This document shows, in pieces, positions 1-14,500 of a stretch of 64,000 nt of DNA. Below the pieces are notes generated by a model. The model was not told the origin of the DNA. It worked only from the letters and a program-made list of their open reading frames with translations, and searched no databases. Both the position numbers and the translations under genes were made by a program. Source of the DNA: Thalia democratica (taxonomy: Eukaryota); the NCBI GenBank assembly GCA_965202585.1, contig OZ241827.1:54002001-54066000 (forward strand). The letters are read 5' to 3'. Within the stretch, counting starts at the first letter, position 1, and every line of letters begins with the position of its first letter.

Positions 1-206
1 CATATATACAAACTTTTTTGTCATCATCAAAAAACTTTTTTATTAAATAACAAATTTAAAGTAGCTTTACATTATATTATCTCACCAATGAAGTTACAAT
101 ATTTAAGACATTTTTTTAAATCTCAATCTTGACTTTAAGCTAAAACTAGACTTAAAAGCATTTTAAAAACCTAGAAGAAATTTCTAAAAAACTAGTGGCC
201 ACCCTG
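1..206. mobile_element. Right part of a hAT-like MITE (CAGGGT-TIR family)
   Basis: Ends in AGTGGCCACCCTG and shares internal sequence with the copies at 19925 and 47522. Confidence 0.75.
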
Positions 207-2404
207 AACTTTTTTTTTGTTTGATAAAATCTACTTTTATCTTTTTAAAGTTGACCTGATTTTGATACATAAGATGTTTTTTTGAAGTTAGTTTAGTCAT
301 TATTATTACCAATAATAGTTATATACAATGATTGCCCTTTTCTCTAACTATTTCAAGCTAGCTTAAAGTTTTTTCATAATTTAAACTTGTTTAAATTTGT
401 TAATAAAATAACAACACCAAAATGACTTGTTTAATCGACTAACTCTTATCCTCAGGTTAATTTTTTCACTTTTTTTCTTGAAAACACAGCAAGGCTCATT
501 AGCTCTAGCTAGTTGAGATTTTTGATGGACTTATTTGTTTTAAAATGATAAGTACTCTTCTTTAAATACAAAAATACTAAGTTTCAAGTCCTTTTATAAT
601 TTTATAACAACATTGACCTCAGTTATTTTGTCAATTTGTATCACTTTTATTTTTAGGTTCAAAAGAGTTCCAAACACTAATATTTCCCATTGTATAACAT
701 TGTAAATGCTGCATATTGTATTCCTTTTCCCAACTGTTCTAATTTTTTCTTTTTTTTTTAAGTATTATCTATGAAGTAACATATACAACTTATAGTTTTT
801 TCAATATCATAAATATGTAATTAAAGTTTTTTATTTTGTTTTATTTATCAGTAGTCATTTCCTACTTCCTCCAATTTTCTCGAATATTTTTAAGGAAGTA
901 AGAATAGTTTTATTGATGAAAAACTCCTCCTTTTTTATCTAGTAGGTAATTTGAAAATTGTTAAGTTATTTTATTAACATATTTAAAAAAACTAAATGGT
1001 ATATTAAATAAAAAGTAGCCAAGTTCAAATCAACAATTTTATTACAATTTACAAACTACCTTAAAGTGACTTGAACAGGGTAACTATTTAATCAAAAGTA
1101 TATATTTATATTATACATATATATTATAATGAACTTTGTTTAGATAAATGGCATAATAATTTATTTGTTTGTTTAATATATATCCTATTAGTATTTATAG
1201 CTGAAAAACATCTTAATTAGATGATTGTAATTGAATTATATGGTTGAAGTTTAGAATTTTGTAAATTTTTATATCAAACAGATTGTGTTTCTAAAAATTA
1301 CATGTAAGAATAAAGCTATCAAAATACAACATTCTGATAAAACTATAAAGTTTGATCAAACATTAAAGTGTACTAAATCTTAGAAGAAAAAATTTTAATT
1401 TTAATACTTTGATAGCAGAAAATATGTTAAGTAAAACAAATTTCTTTTTCTGAGTTAGAAATACATTTTGTAAAAGTTTATAAAATAAAAAACTCGTGTT
1501 AGCTTTGAATTTTTTTTAATTGTAGCTATAAAAATATTTTAATTATGTTTTTTTGATGAATCAATTACCATAGCAATAATTTTATAAACTCTTATTTTTT
1601 ATGTGAAAACAATTTTGAAATACTGTATTGATGTAAATATTTGATCATCTTAACTGATTAATTTAGAACTTAAAAAAATATATACTAACATACCTCTTTT
1701 TAATTTAGTTGATCCTTGATATACTCTACTTTTGTTATCAAACTTTTATTAATATATATGTATATTTTACTTAGTAATATTACTTTTAAAATCCCAGGGT
1801 AAATCTTTTAAAATAAGTTACAAACTGATTTGAATATTTTAAAAATTAAAAAATGACTTATTTGACAAATATGCTTTTCTGGTCTTGAATTTAAAACTTA
1901 TCTTGATATAAAGTGCATATAGTATCATTAATTGTTCTTTTTATACTATCAATAAAAATCTGTAATTTTTAAACCATTTTCTTATTAAAAATGTCATTAA
2001 AACTTTTAATTGTCAAGACTAGTTTCTTAAACTATAAAATATATTATGATTATATGCTGTTGTATAAAGTATTTTAAAAATAATTTTCATCAAATTATAT
2101 TTTAATAGTGGTTTTTTGAAAATTTTCATCAAACATTTTTTTGTTTATATATATTTCTTAATTTTTTCATAAATAGTATATACTTAATTTTATGAGCTGT
2201 GTTTTTTAAACAATCTAATCTATAAATAGTTTTATATTTTTAAAGCTCATTTAAATCTTGCTCTTTCATAAATCAAAATTTAGTGTTTGATTTTATGTTT
2301 ACCTTATAAATGCAAAATTATATAAGAGTTAACATGAACTCAGACTTTAAAAATACAGTTCAAGGTTTTTGTAAATAATAGTTACCAAACACTCAACAAT
2401 TTAT

Positions 2405-2536
2405 ATGATGGGCCAGAAATGTTTCAAAGCTTGCGTGAGTCCCTGCAGACCAGCATGCATGGAAGACCCCGCTGCTAAGAGAAACAAGGAAATTGAAGAA
2501 AGTATCAACAAGCACAAAAAGTTATTTAAAAGACAG
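2405..2536 (+). CDS. GNA12/13-like: G-alpha12/13 exon 1 ([10 protein letters not shown]...KLFKRQ)
   Basis: Tandem ATG at 2405/2408, 44 open codons, donor GTGACT at 2537, phase 0 into VKLLLLG. Confidence 0.85.
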
Positions 2537-5500
2537 GTGACTTCTTGGTTTTAAATTTTTACAAAAAAATATTACTGATAAACACCTAAGTTTTACTTGA
2601 ATCATTCAGTTTAATTTACCATAGCAAAGTTAATCACTTATATTTGTTAGTAAAACGTTTTATACTAATTTTTTTATTTTAAAATAACAAACGTTGGGAA
2701 GTCAGTAGTTAATTCTATTTAGCTTCTTAGTAATCTGAACTGCCAAGTCAGTATTTTTATATTTTTTTAACTGTTTTACCTGCCAGTTCAACTTAACAAC
2801 TCAATTTGAAACAGGTGAAGCTGCTTCTGCTTGGCGCCGGTGAAAGTGGAAAGTCAACATTTCTGAAGCAGATGAGGATACTTCATGGAGTCGGCTTCAG
2901 CAATGAGGATTACGTGAAATATCGGCCTACCGTCTACTCCAACATTGTAAAAGGCGTAAAAGTTAGTTTGAATAAATATATGCGTTCCCTTAATATTGTC
3001 CAAAAAAACATAAAATTAACTTATTGATTAGGTTTTTTATAATATGCTTGATTTTTTTTTGAAATTAAATGTTTTTTCCATTTGTTAACTAAGAAAAGTA
3101 TTTTTATTGTTTTGATCCTAAAAACTTATATAGATAATAACCATATTGTTGTTATTATTATTATTATTATTACTATTATTATTATTGTTTCAACCTTTAA
3201 TATTTAAAACTTTTACTGTCTAAAATTTACACTCAAATTTTTATTTATTTAATCACGACTCTTTTTATTGCATTTTTATGGATTGTTCTTGCATAAAAAA
3301 TTATAAAAGATTTTGTTAAGAAAATTTTAGTTTTCAAATAAATTGTTTTTTAATTACCTGTGGAAGATAAAAACTTGAAAAACCTCAATGTGCAAATACA
3401 ACCTTACCAATTTTTTACAACAAAGTTTATAATATTAAATCCATATTAGTAGTTTTGAATTTAGATTATTTTTTTACAAAATTAAATATTTTTTTTTTGT
3501 TTATTAAATTGAATTAATCACCAAAACAACAATTTTTTTCTCCCAAACAGGTCCTTGTTGACGCGAGGGACAAGCTTGGCATCCCGTGGGAGGACCCAGA
3601 CAGGCAGGAAGCCAGCAACCACGTCATGTCCTTCCAGGGCAGGTCGACCCAGTTGGACCCTCCCACCTTCCTGCAGTACCTGCCCTCCATCGTGGAGCTG
3701 TGGAAGGACAAATCGGTGCAGACGGCATACGACAGAAGGAGGGAATTTCAGCTGGTAATTAGTTTGATGTTTTATAATTTTTCATGTTTATATATTTAAT
3801 TTGGGTTCACAACTATTCAAAATGTTGACAGTTCGAATTCGAAAGTTCAAGCTTTGATAGCTCTCAGTTTTTATCAATTTTTCTTTTAATAAATAGTAAA
3901 TAACTAAAATATTTCATAGTTTCAACTGATTCGTTTTAATTCAATCTTGCTTTAGTTTAACATGCATTTGTTTGATTTCAACTGGTAGTAGGTACTAAAG
4001 TAGTGGTTGTTCTTGGTCAAGTCAATATTTTAAAATGTTTGATTTGAACTTAAAGTCGTAATAGTTAGTGTTTGTTTTAAATTAATTTAGATTTATAATT
4101 AGCATTCAGAATATTTATTAACAATCAGTCAGTTGTTTTGAGTTATAAATTTATTTTTAATTGGCAGTTGGTAATGACCAGTGTTTGTTTAAATAAAAAA
4201 GTAAGGAAAAGTCAACATTTCCACAGTTATTTGATTATATTTTTTTACCTCTTTTAATGAGAGTTCGCATTCTACTTTTTTGCGAAAACAATTTCACTAA
4301 GTTTATTTCTTATGGTTTGGTTTTAACAAATATTTTTCGACATATAACATAGAAGCATTTCTTTTAGTGAAAAGTATATGTTTAATTACTTTGTAGTAGT
4401 GTATTAAATCTTTTAGGTTTTATATTAGATTAATTTATTTACTGAACATCATTATAGTATAACATCACTATAGTTTTTAATCTTCCATTAGTCACATGTT
4501 TTTAAGAGGTTGTTATGCTAAATAACACAAAAGTGTACGTTAAGTAAAAGTTTGAGTAAAATTTAATTAATTTTACAATCGAAACATTGTTCTCTATTTT
4601 AAAACATTAAAAAGTATGACATTATTTTTTTTTTATAGATTATATATTTTGTATATTACAATTGGTAATTTTGATTTTTAGATACTTTTGTTTGTATAAA
4701 TATCACAATTGTCTATTGTCTATATTAAACAAAAATAGTTTGAACATAAGTATTTATTTGAAATTTACAAAGTGATTTATTAAATCTAAACTATCGTGCC
4801 CAAAATTTGATCACAATTAGATTTACTCTTTAGTAAAATAGAATTAAATTTATACTGCTATTTCGGAATTCGGACTATTTTTTTACAACATTAAATTAAT
4901 ATTAAAACAAATTTTATCAAATTGAATTAACCACCGAAACAGTAATTACCTTTCATTTTAAGTATAAAGTAAAGTTATTAAGTTTAATGAATAGTTTTGA
5001 TTTTTTTAATTTGTTTTTTATATTGAAGTTTTTCATTTAACATTTACATAACTTAGATCATCCGAAAAAATAATCAAAATAAATAGTCCTCATTTCTTTG
5101 TTTTTATTTTTAAAATAATAAATATAATAAATTGAATTTACTTCATACAGTAGTGTAAGATTTATCTTAATTTACCCTAGGGCATATAGTAATACTAGAG
5201 ACAAATTACCAAAATATAATGATTGTTACTTAAAATAGAAGCATATTAACATATTAATTTTAAACTTACAACGCTTACTGTAATTTATAACACTTGTTTT
5301 TACTTAAAGCATATGTTTTTTTTACAACTTATAGTTCATGTTTAATATATTGTGATAATATACTTAATTAAATTTTCTATTTTTCTTCCAGAGTAAATTA
5401 TTAGTTTGTTTGTTTAATTATTATTTTATCGATAGTTTTTAAATAAAAATAGTTTTATATTTTCATTCTAATTTTATTTCGACTTTATTCAAAAAAATAA

Positions 5501-8500
5501 TACTTTCTTTTCAATACTTGCTTTTAAGCTAGTTTACACTTTAGAAAAAAAAAATCAAATTAAAGTATACTTTAAAGATTTTACATTGTAATAAACACAG
5601 CTTGTTATCTTACTTGAAAATTTATTTTTGTACTAATCCTGAAAGAATGACCACATTTTTAATTTAAGTCTTATGTTACAATATAAATTTATCAAAACGT
5701 TGTATATACACTAAGAAGATTATGTTTTGTTTAAAAAATTGGATAGTGCAGTTATTATACACTGTCTTTTAGATTTAAACTTTTTTATGTTTATCCTCTT
5801 AAAGCATTTGTAAACTTTTCTTAAGAATTTGCAATGCAATTAAGCAAAGCAGCTTATTGATTATAACTTGCTTTCTTAATATCATAGTAGGTATGTCATG
5901 TGACTTTATAAAAAGCTTATATCTGCAATAAGTTGTGTAAAAAAAATTAAGTTAAAATTTTTAGATGTTAAAAAAAATGTGTCTAAATCTAAAAGTTAAA
6001 GTAAAAAGACATATATTATTTTTAATAAGTTTTTTATTCCATTTGTTAATAAATAAAATATGTTTTTTAGTCATAAAATCCAGTAAAACCTAGTTTGATT
6101 ATTGTTATAACCAGTATAATTTAGTAAATAAAAAAAATCAGTAATTGTTTATTAAGTCAAAATTTTCAAATTTTTTGCAATAAGCTCGTTTTTGTTATAA
6201 CATAATTATTGAGTAATTTTATTTTGATTCATAAAATTCTAAAATTTCGTTATTACATGCAATAAATTCAGCTAAATTGAACTTTCATTCAAATGAACAC
6301 TCATCACACGAAACATGTATTCTTGATTTGTGTTCGCGTACAAAAACTCGCGCACCAATTTAGTAATTAGTTTTGTTCGTCTGCTGCATGTATCTCTACT
6401 TGAAAATATTGTTACACTTAAGTTTTTATAAGTTGCATAACTACTGTATTCATTCAAATGAAATTTTGTTTATTTCGTTTGGCGTTTTAATGTGCTGCCA
6501 GTTTTTTATGTGCAGGCTTGCCAAAACACCTGGAACTTTAAAGAGTTTTAATTATTAAGTAATTAAATTTCGATTAGAAAGGAAAATCTATCATGTAGAA
6601 AAAAAAACATTAATTTTTTAGTAATAAAAAAGCACATTTAAAGTAGCTTTACAGTATCTTTCCAATGTTGTTATACTATTTAACACAGTATTATATCTTA
6701 AAATTACTTTTAATCTAAAAGTGGACCCAAAAAATTGTATTTTCAAAAAACTTTAAGAAATTTAGCAAACCTGGAAAACATTTTGAAAAGCCTATGGCAA
6801 CCCTGTATAAAGGTATGAGAACATCATGTACAATTAACTAAGATTAACTGCTACAACAACAATAAAGAAATTAATGCTTAAGCTTTAAAATTATCAGCTT
6901 TTAACTGTCTTCCGATTGAAAAAAAAGTTAGCAACGTAATATTTTTCTAACAGGGCGAGTCAGTGAGATACTTTCTGGAGAACTTGGATCGCATCGGAAA
7001 GCAAGTTAGTTTTTTTTTATTTGTTGTCAAACACAATTACCCGTTCTTAAGTCCTTAAGATTAAAACCGAATTCTCTTTGTTTTGTAAATTTTCCCCGTT
7101 GTGTTTTGCTTTACGCGAGCTTACCTCAAAGTTTAGAAAATAAAATTAGTCATTTCCACCCGCTTCACGAGTGAATTGTTTTATCGCTGTAATCGATTTG
7201 AAGTTTTTTTACAGTGAAAATTGGCCAGATTCGTTCTTAATGTGTTTTAATGAACAGTGAGAATATAATTAAGTTAAGAGCCTCAATGTGATTGATTAAG
7301 GCAATTACAAGTTTGCATACATTTGGGCTACGGGCTTCTTTTGAATAATATTCATGATTTTATTTTGTTTTTTTCTATAGAAAAGATAAATTCAAAATTC
7401 AACTCTTTAATATTATTTTTCTTTTTATAAATTTAAGTGAAATTTTAACACAGCTCTTGAATAATAGCTCCCACGTATTTAATTAACAAACAATGTTAAA
7501 CAGGTATTTTTTATACCTCCAAAACATATGTTGTTTTTTACAACAAGGTTTAAAATAAACTCTTTAGAGTGTTAATAAAATTAGAATTGAGTTTATAAGT
7601 GTTGTAAAATTATTTTTAAAATTTACTTAAAATTTCTCATTTAGTTGGACCGCTCAAATTAATAATACTTTCAAGCAAAATAAAAATTGAACACGTTAAT
7701 TCAGTTGCTTTTGACACCTCATTACTGGCCGAGAGTTATTTTAATTTAACTTGCCAAAACATGTTTTCACAAGAAACTGAATGTGACCTTTCGCAGCCAG
7801 AGGTGATGCTAAGAAATAGCGTGTGAGGCAAATCTGATTTATTTTGATTGATGGCCTTTTGACCGTTGAAAGTATGAATGTTTTGTAGAGAAAGTGATTT
7901 GAAGTTGTGCGATTTGCGCAGTTGGGGTTTCGAAATCATGTGATGTGGGCAAGTTTGAGCGTTCAAGGTAAATCCTTTTCACGCGATGACACGCGTGGAA
8001 GTAATTGTTTTCCGATGAGCGGCGTATTTTCATTAAGTTCGTAAAAATGCGAGGAGGTTTTCGCAAGGCAGTAAACAAAAGTTGTGGAAGTTCCGTTTGC
8101 GAAGTTGAGCTTAAGCGCTGTTTAATGCAACTTACACTTGCGTTTGCTGGTACTTTTTATGATGAGAGTTTGAGATAAGTTGCGACCTTTCAAATTACAT
8201 CAAATAACGCGATTATCATCGAAAACGCCTTCATAGTTGCTAACGAGCTTTAAATGCCCCGAAACCTTGAGCTTGCGGCCGGTTAAGCGGCAATTTTTCA
8301 AGGCAAGTCAGCTCATTTTTTCAGTGTCGTTAAGACGGCATACAATTGAGAACTGATAACTTCAAGCTAATCGGAGCTTGACCTCGCAAAGACAAACGAG
8401 CTCTTTGTTTTTTCTTTCGTTGTGACGTCACAACCGTCAAAGCTTTTTTCGACGCACAAGCAAGGTCAGGGTCGCTTGTTCCCAATACATTTGGGTTGTC

Positions 8501-11500
8501 ACGACCACTAATCCAAGTTTCGAGTTCGGCCCCTTTCTCCCCGTCACGGTTGCTCGCACGTGATCGCAATCATGACATCACAATCAGCGGTCGGCGATGC
8601 GCGTCGGGTAATCCGTAATTCGTTTCGCTTTTCCATCCTGAGGTGATGAAACCTCTGGAGAGCTTAATTGTATTTTAAGTGAGCTGGGCGTTTGCGGTTA
8701 ATTTTAAACTTTTAATAAGCCAGATCATGGTTTTTAAAAGTGGCTAGTTTCGTGGTGTTTCTGTGGGAACTTTTTTGGAATATGAAGATCTTTTGGGGAT
8801 TTTGTAAAAAGTAAAAATATATTGTTTGAATTTTAATTTTACAGTATTCAAACGCGCTTTTTTGTTCTAAATTTGAAATAAAAATTATTTTTCAATAAAA
8901 ATGCTATTTATTAGTCCTACTTGCCACAGTCTATTTTGTAACATAGTAAAAAGTTTGAAAAGTTTATCCACCACTCAAGTGCAATGAAATTAAAATACAA
9001 TTACATTCTACGCTAAGCAGCTCAACACTTTTTTCTAGTTATAAAAGTTTGATATTTTTACAAGTTCATTACTCTAATGCATTACATTAACAATAGACTT
9101 AAGATTGTTATAATGAAATGTTGCAGTTCAAATAGGTTTGTGTGTGTTTTGAGCTTCAAAGCCAGCTGCACTTTTTGTTATTGTAAGTTTCATTTGGTGC
9201 GAAATATTTTTGTACTGAAAAGATTTGCCTTTGGTTTTAAGGGCTCTGATATGTTGAAAGCTGATATATTCATAAAACAGCTCCTGGTGAAATATGTAAT
9301 TAAGTAACTTTTTGTATTCAGGATTTCGGATTAGTAAACTTGCTTAAATTCAAAACATCGATTGTGAAAAAAAAATTGCAAAATTGAATTGTGAAAATTA
9401 TTACACGTCTGATGAACTACTTTTAAAATAGTTGTGTTTTTTTTTTCAAGTACAAGTTGTTGTTTCATATTGAAAAAAAGTATTAAGCGTTTAAAACTCA
9501 CAAAAGTGCTATTTTGTGTAATAAAAAATACTAAACTTTCAAGTATGCTGTTTAGTAAAAGTTGTTTGTTTTAGTTTCAAACACAGATATCACACAAGGT
9601 ATCTTTGCTACTGTTAATAATTAACTTTTCTTTGTTTTAATTTTTAATAGCCTATCAAAGCGCAATTCAAACGGCAGTATTGGTTTGAGTTTGTATCTGT
9701 GTACATGTGAGTTATGAAAAGCCAATTGGCACTCGACAAGCGGCTATTTATAGGAAATCGTTTTGTTTTCGCGAAAACCTGTCGTCAGAATCGTTTAAGA
9801 TTGGAAGCGAGTCAAATTGAATGCGTTTTGTGGGAATTGCGTTCCAAAAAAATGTTTGATCGGTTTTTAAATCAATAAACAAGTGTTTCCTATTTCACAC
9901 AGTTATTAGTTTCAATAAACAAATAAAGTATTTAAGTCACACGCTAATTATTAAAAAGTGGTTATTGCTTTTTTGATTATGTTGCAAGCAAATAATAGTT
10001 TTTTAAGTTTTACATGTTTACTTGGCCAAAGATGATTTAATTTTTCATTTACTATGCTCTAAATTTTTCTTACTTTAGTTCCTCATAAGACATTTAGTAA
10101 CATGTAAAGAGACACATATTTAGTATTTTACTTAACTTTGTGTTTGTTTTGCACAATCTGGCTTCTTTGAAGAGAAAATAAAAAATTTCAATAATTGGCA
10201 TACAGCAAACAATAACTTACTAATATGCCTCGAATAAATTCAATGTGCATATTCTAAGATTAGCTTATTGGGAATTTTCAGTCTAGCCACAAGAAACTTG
10301 TATGTTTTTTTTATTGTTGAAGTTATTTATGCGTATTACGTATCACTTTCCTAGCGCATTCATTCACGCACTCGAGCAGTTTCTCTGCTTGACACGTTCA
10401 ATTACTATCTGTTACCAATCTATTTTTAGCATAAACAAACACATTCCTGACAGAATTGTTCAAGTTCAGTTCTGTAAGTGACTGCTGCCTTTACACTTGA
10501 AAAAAAAGTAAGATTATTATAATTTTATGTAGTTTAGCTTATATTAGCTTGTTTTTACTTGAGTTGAAATTGTTGAAAAAAACATAGTTTAACAAATTGT
10601 ATAATGTACTAAGTTAAGATTAGTTTTGAACAACTTTTGTATGCAACGGTTAAAATATAGTACTTCCTGAAGTTGTAGTTTTAACATGCTCGTGTAAAAC
10701 GTTTCATAAAAGTTGTAACTATTGAAAGAACTTTTGATTTAAAATAATGATAAATTATAAATAAAAACTAATATTTTTTGTTATGTATCTATTTTAGAAT
10801 ATTTTTGGTACACATTATACAACGAATGCTCAGTTTAATTTGTTCATATTTAAATTTTAAAACAATAAATATTGTTTTAGATTTCAGATTACTACAGTAT
10901 ATAATTTATATGAATGCAGTTATCTTTATTTATTTTTTAATTTTTTTGATCACTAATATATAGTAATTTTCTTTATTCTTATTTTCTTATTTCTTAAGTT
11001 GTTCATTTAGTTTGGTAATACATTTTTATTAAAAAAAAATCATTACTGTTTTAGCTTTTTACAGTATATTCTGTATGAGCACAGCTAAATTAAATTATTT
11101 TCTATTAGAAAAATATAAATTATATTTAATTTTGTTTAGGATTAGGAAATTTAAATCGACAAATCTTGTTTCTATTTCAATTTTTTACAGGATTGCCTAA
11201 AAACCTAGAATTTTGGAAAACCTGGAATTCGCAAATTTAGACTAAAAAACCTAGAAAAACTTGAAATTTGAGAAATAAAAAATAACCTGGAATTTTGAAC
11301 AAAAATAACTAAAAAGCTTGGCAAAACCTGGAGTTTTAAACAATTTTTAGATTTAAAGTAATTAATTTCGATTTGACACAAAAAATCTATCACATAAATA
11401 TCTTTTTTAATCATTAAAGAACTTTTTCATTAAAAATATATTAAAGTAGCTTTACAGATTCTTATCAATGTTGTTATGCTAATTATGACAGTTTTTCACC

Positions 11501-14500
11501 TTAAACTTATTTTTATGCTAAAAATATACCCAAAGGTTGTTACTTTTAAAATCGGAAGAAATTTTCAAAAACGTTTGGCAATCATGTTTTTACAATATAT
11601 TAATTATATGCAAATACACTTAATTTAATTTTTTGAAATTATATTCCAGGATTACGTGTCGTCCATGCAACATATCTTACTTTAGCATAATATATTTAAA
11701 TAGTTTATTTTAACAATTAATTTTTTACAACGATTAATTGATCATTTTTTATCAAATAATAAATTTCAAGGATTACGTGCCCACCCAGCAGGACGTGCTT
11801 CTTTCCAGGCAGGCCACTAGAGGCGTGCTCGAGTACACCGTCAACATCAGAAAAATCCCCTTCAGATTTTTCGACGTCGGCGGACAGCGCAGCCAGCGGC
11901 AGGTAAAATATTATTTTGATTTGAATATTTTTGATTGTCAAAAGTAATATATTTATTTTAATTTAACATAACTTCAAAATATGTATGTTTTTTAATAAGG
12001 TTTTAATTTATCTTCTCAATTTTGTTTGAAGTATAGGGAAGCCGTTTTTTTTTTGTCCCCTAACACGTATGACTTGTATGGATTTTGTTTTAGACAATTT
12101 TTAATTTTTTAAAAGTTAAATTTTAAAAATGTTTCGCTTTAAACTGCTTCGGTGCAATTAGATGACTCACCCAGTTGTCACCGCGCAGTAAACAAATTAG
12201 TATCAAGAGACAACTTGCTTAAATTTATTCTTCTTGTCTTATACTTAGCTCTGTTGGTGTAAATTAATGGCTTAAACATCTGGCTGCAGAAAGCAAATGA
12301 AAAAAAAAACTAAATGTAAAAAAAGTGTCAAAGTGGGTTAACCAAAACTAATAGTTGCCCGGGAGTTTTTCAAAATAAACTAATAAGTTTATTTTGAGAA
12401 AAATATCGGAATTAATTGCACTTTGAGTTATTTTTGCATGTGCAGCAGTAAATCAAAACGACTACAGTTGCTCAATTGGCAGTTTTCACTTTGTTGACGT
12501 TTGCACAGCTCACCGCTTGTTTGTTTAGTGTAACAATCTCTTTGTTTGTTTTTATTAACATTCAGATGCTCTGAGAGAGGTGCGATTTCTCGGTAGCGTT
12601 TGTCAAATCGCTGCAATTTTATTTTGATTAATTTTTTCGCGTTGGCCGCTTGAGACAAAAGGCTCCTTTGATTGAATTTCTGCGAACTAGCTTGAGAAGG
12701 TCTGCAATTTTTCGTAAAAGCACTCGGCTTCAAGCGCGAACTGATTTTACTCTTTTCAGCGGCTGCCCACACACTTCATTCGTTGCAAAGCATTTATTTT
12801 CTGTCGAGAGCCGATCGATCATTGCTCAGTCGGTTTAAATTGACCTGGTGATCAATTACTGCTTAATACCTTCACGCTGCTACACATTTGTGCTGATATT
12901 AATCTGCCAACTGTTAAAAAAAAGTGAATTTGTATGTAAATATAATAAGTGAGGATTTTTTGCCACAATGTCTCCGGTCATTCGAAGCGAAATAGTAAAT
13001 GTGAAGGCTTAGCCGTTAGTTCAAGTTGTTCACGCGTGCCGCACATTTGCTAACGATTGGGATTGTTTATGAAACTGGTTTCTCTTCTGAATGTTGCATC
13101 GTTGAGCTGTGAGGTGTAAAATAAAACTTTTTATCGTTTTTTTTAGCCCAATATACTACACTGAATGCAGTTTGAAAGGTTTGAAATTTATTTTTTATCA
13201 ACAGATCAACAGCTCATTTTTTCCTTTTTGAAAAATTGTTCTATTATAAGTTTCAATTTATAAGCGACTTAAATATTTCATTAGTTTACATCAATCAGAT
13301 CTTTAATTCTGTAAAATAAAACAAGCTATAGTACAGGGTTGACAAAAGAACTGAAATCCTGGAATTTGACAATATATGCTAAAAAACATGGAAATTGAGA
13401 AATTTTGAAAAAATCTGAGATTTTGAACAAAAATCACTAAAAAACCTGGAGAAACCTTGAATTAAAGAAAAAAATTTACATTTAAAGTATTAAAATTTCG
13501 GTTAGACACAACATATCTGTCATATTTATTTGTTGTTATTATTTTTATTTTATTAAAAAATACATTTAAAGTAGCATTACAATATATTTTCAATGTTGTT
13601 ATACTAACTAAAACAGTTTTTTACCTTAAGCTTAATTTTATATTTTAAATAGCTATAACAATGGTTAAAAACACTTTTTTTTTAACCTGGAAGAAATTCA
13701 GAAAACTAAGAAAATAATTTCAAAAAACCTTTGGATACTGTGTTTTAATAAAACCAAATAAGTATTAAATGCAAATTTTACCAACTCAATTATCAACATT
13801 TGCAAACAGCCAACCTTGATCAACAAAACCGCGTGAAAATTTTTATTAATTTTTGATAAAAACAAATATTTTCACCGCAGAAAATATAAGTGTCTTTAAC
13901 TTTCCAAGTATCTTTTAATAAAGGCGTTTATTCAAGCCTTTTTAGTTTTGCAAAAAACTCACACACGTACATGATAATAAGTATTTTATAATTATAAATT
14001 TTTTAAACATTTAATAACAAATATTTGAAGAAATTTTACACAGTTTTAATAAGTATGAAAAGTTTTAATGACAAGTTTCCACAGGTATGGCGCACATACA
14101 TAATAGCAAATACTTTTATAACTATGAAATTTTTTTAATAACATTAAAAAGCTTTTTAATGAAGCAACAAATATTTCAATAGCAATGGCACACAATAACA
14201 TAAATTTTTATGGTTCTGAATGTTTTTAGTAATGACACAACAAATAACTTGTAGAAATGGCACATGTGCTTCAATGACGTCACTTCCATCATGTTCCTCG
14301 CGTCATCGTCGGAATTCGATCAGGTTCTGATGGAAGACAGGAGGACCAACAGGCTCAGGGTTGGTTTTTAAGTTTGAACAAATTAAGTTTGTATGTTAGA
14401 TATAAAAACCGTTATGTGTTTAAATGTAGTTTTAATGTCTACATAGATGTTTGTTTTGATTTTCAGAAATTTATTGTAACTAAGGATCTCAGGAATATGA

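Noticed and set aside
3514-3758. Two ORF-track ORFs over exon 3
   Set aside because: Both are shadow frames; the G-alpha peptide is in a third frame (3551-3754)
7736-8569. Three minus-strand ORFs (76-79 aa) in the GC-richer intron island
   Set aside because: No recognisable motifs, overlapping frames and no coherent splice chain; expected by chance where GC is higher
9760-9790. Minus-strand CTGACGA...GAAA resembling a hammerhead core
   Set aside because: Stems I and II cannot form; the signal comes from the palindrome GTTTTCGCGAAAAC
12428-12838. 114-aa minus and 62-aa plus ORFs in intron 5
   Set aside because: Low-complexity and no family resemblance; treated as non-coding island
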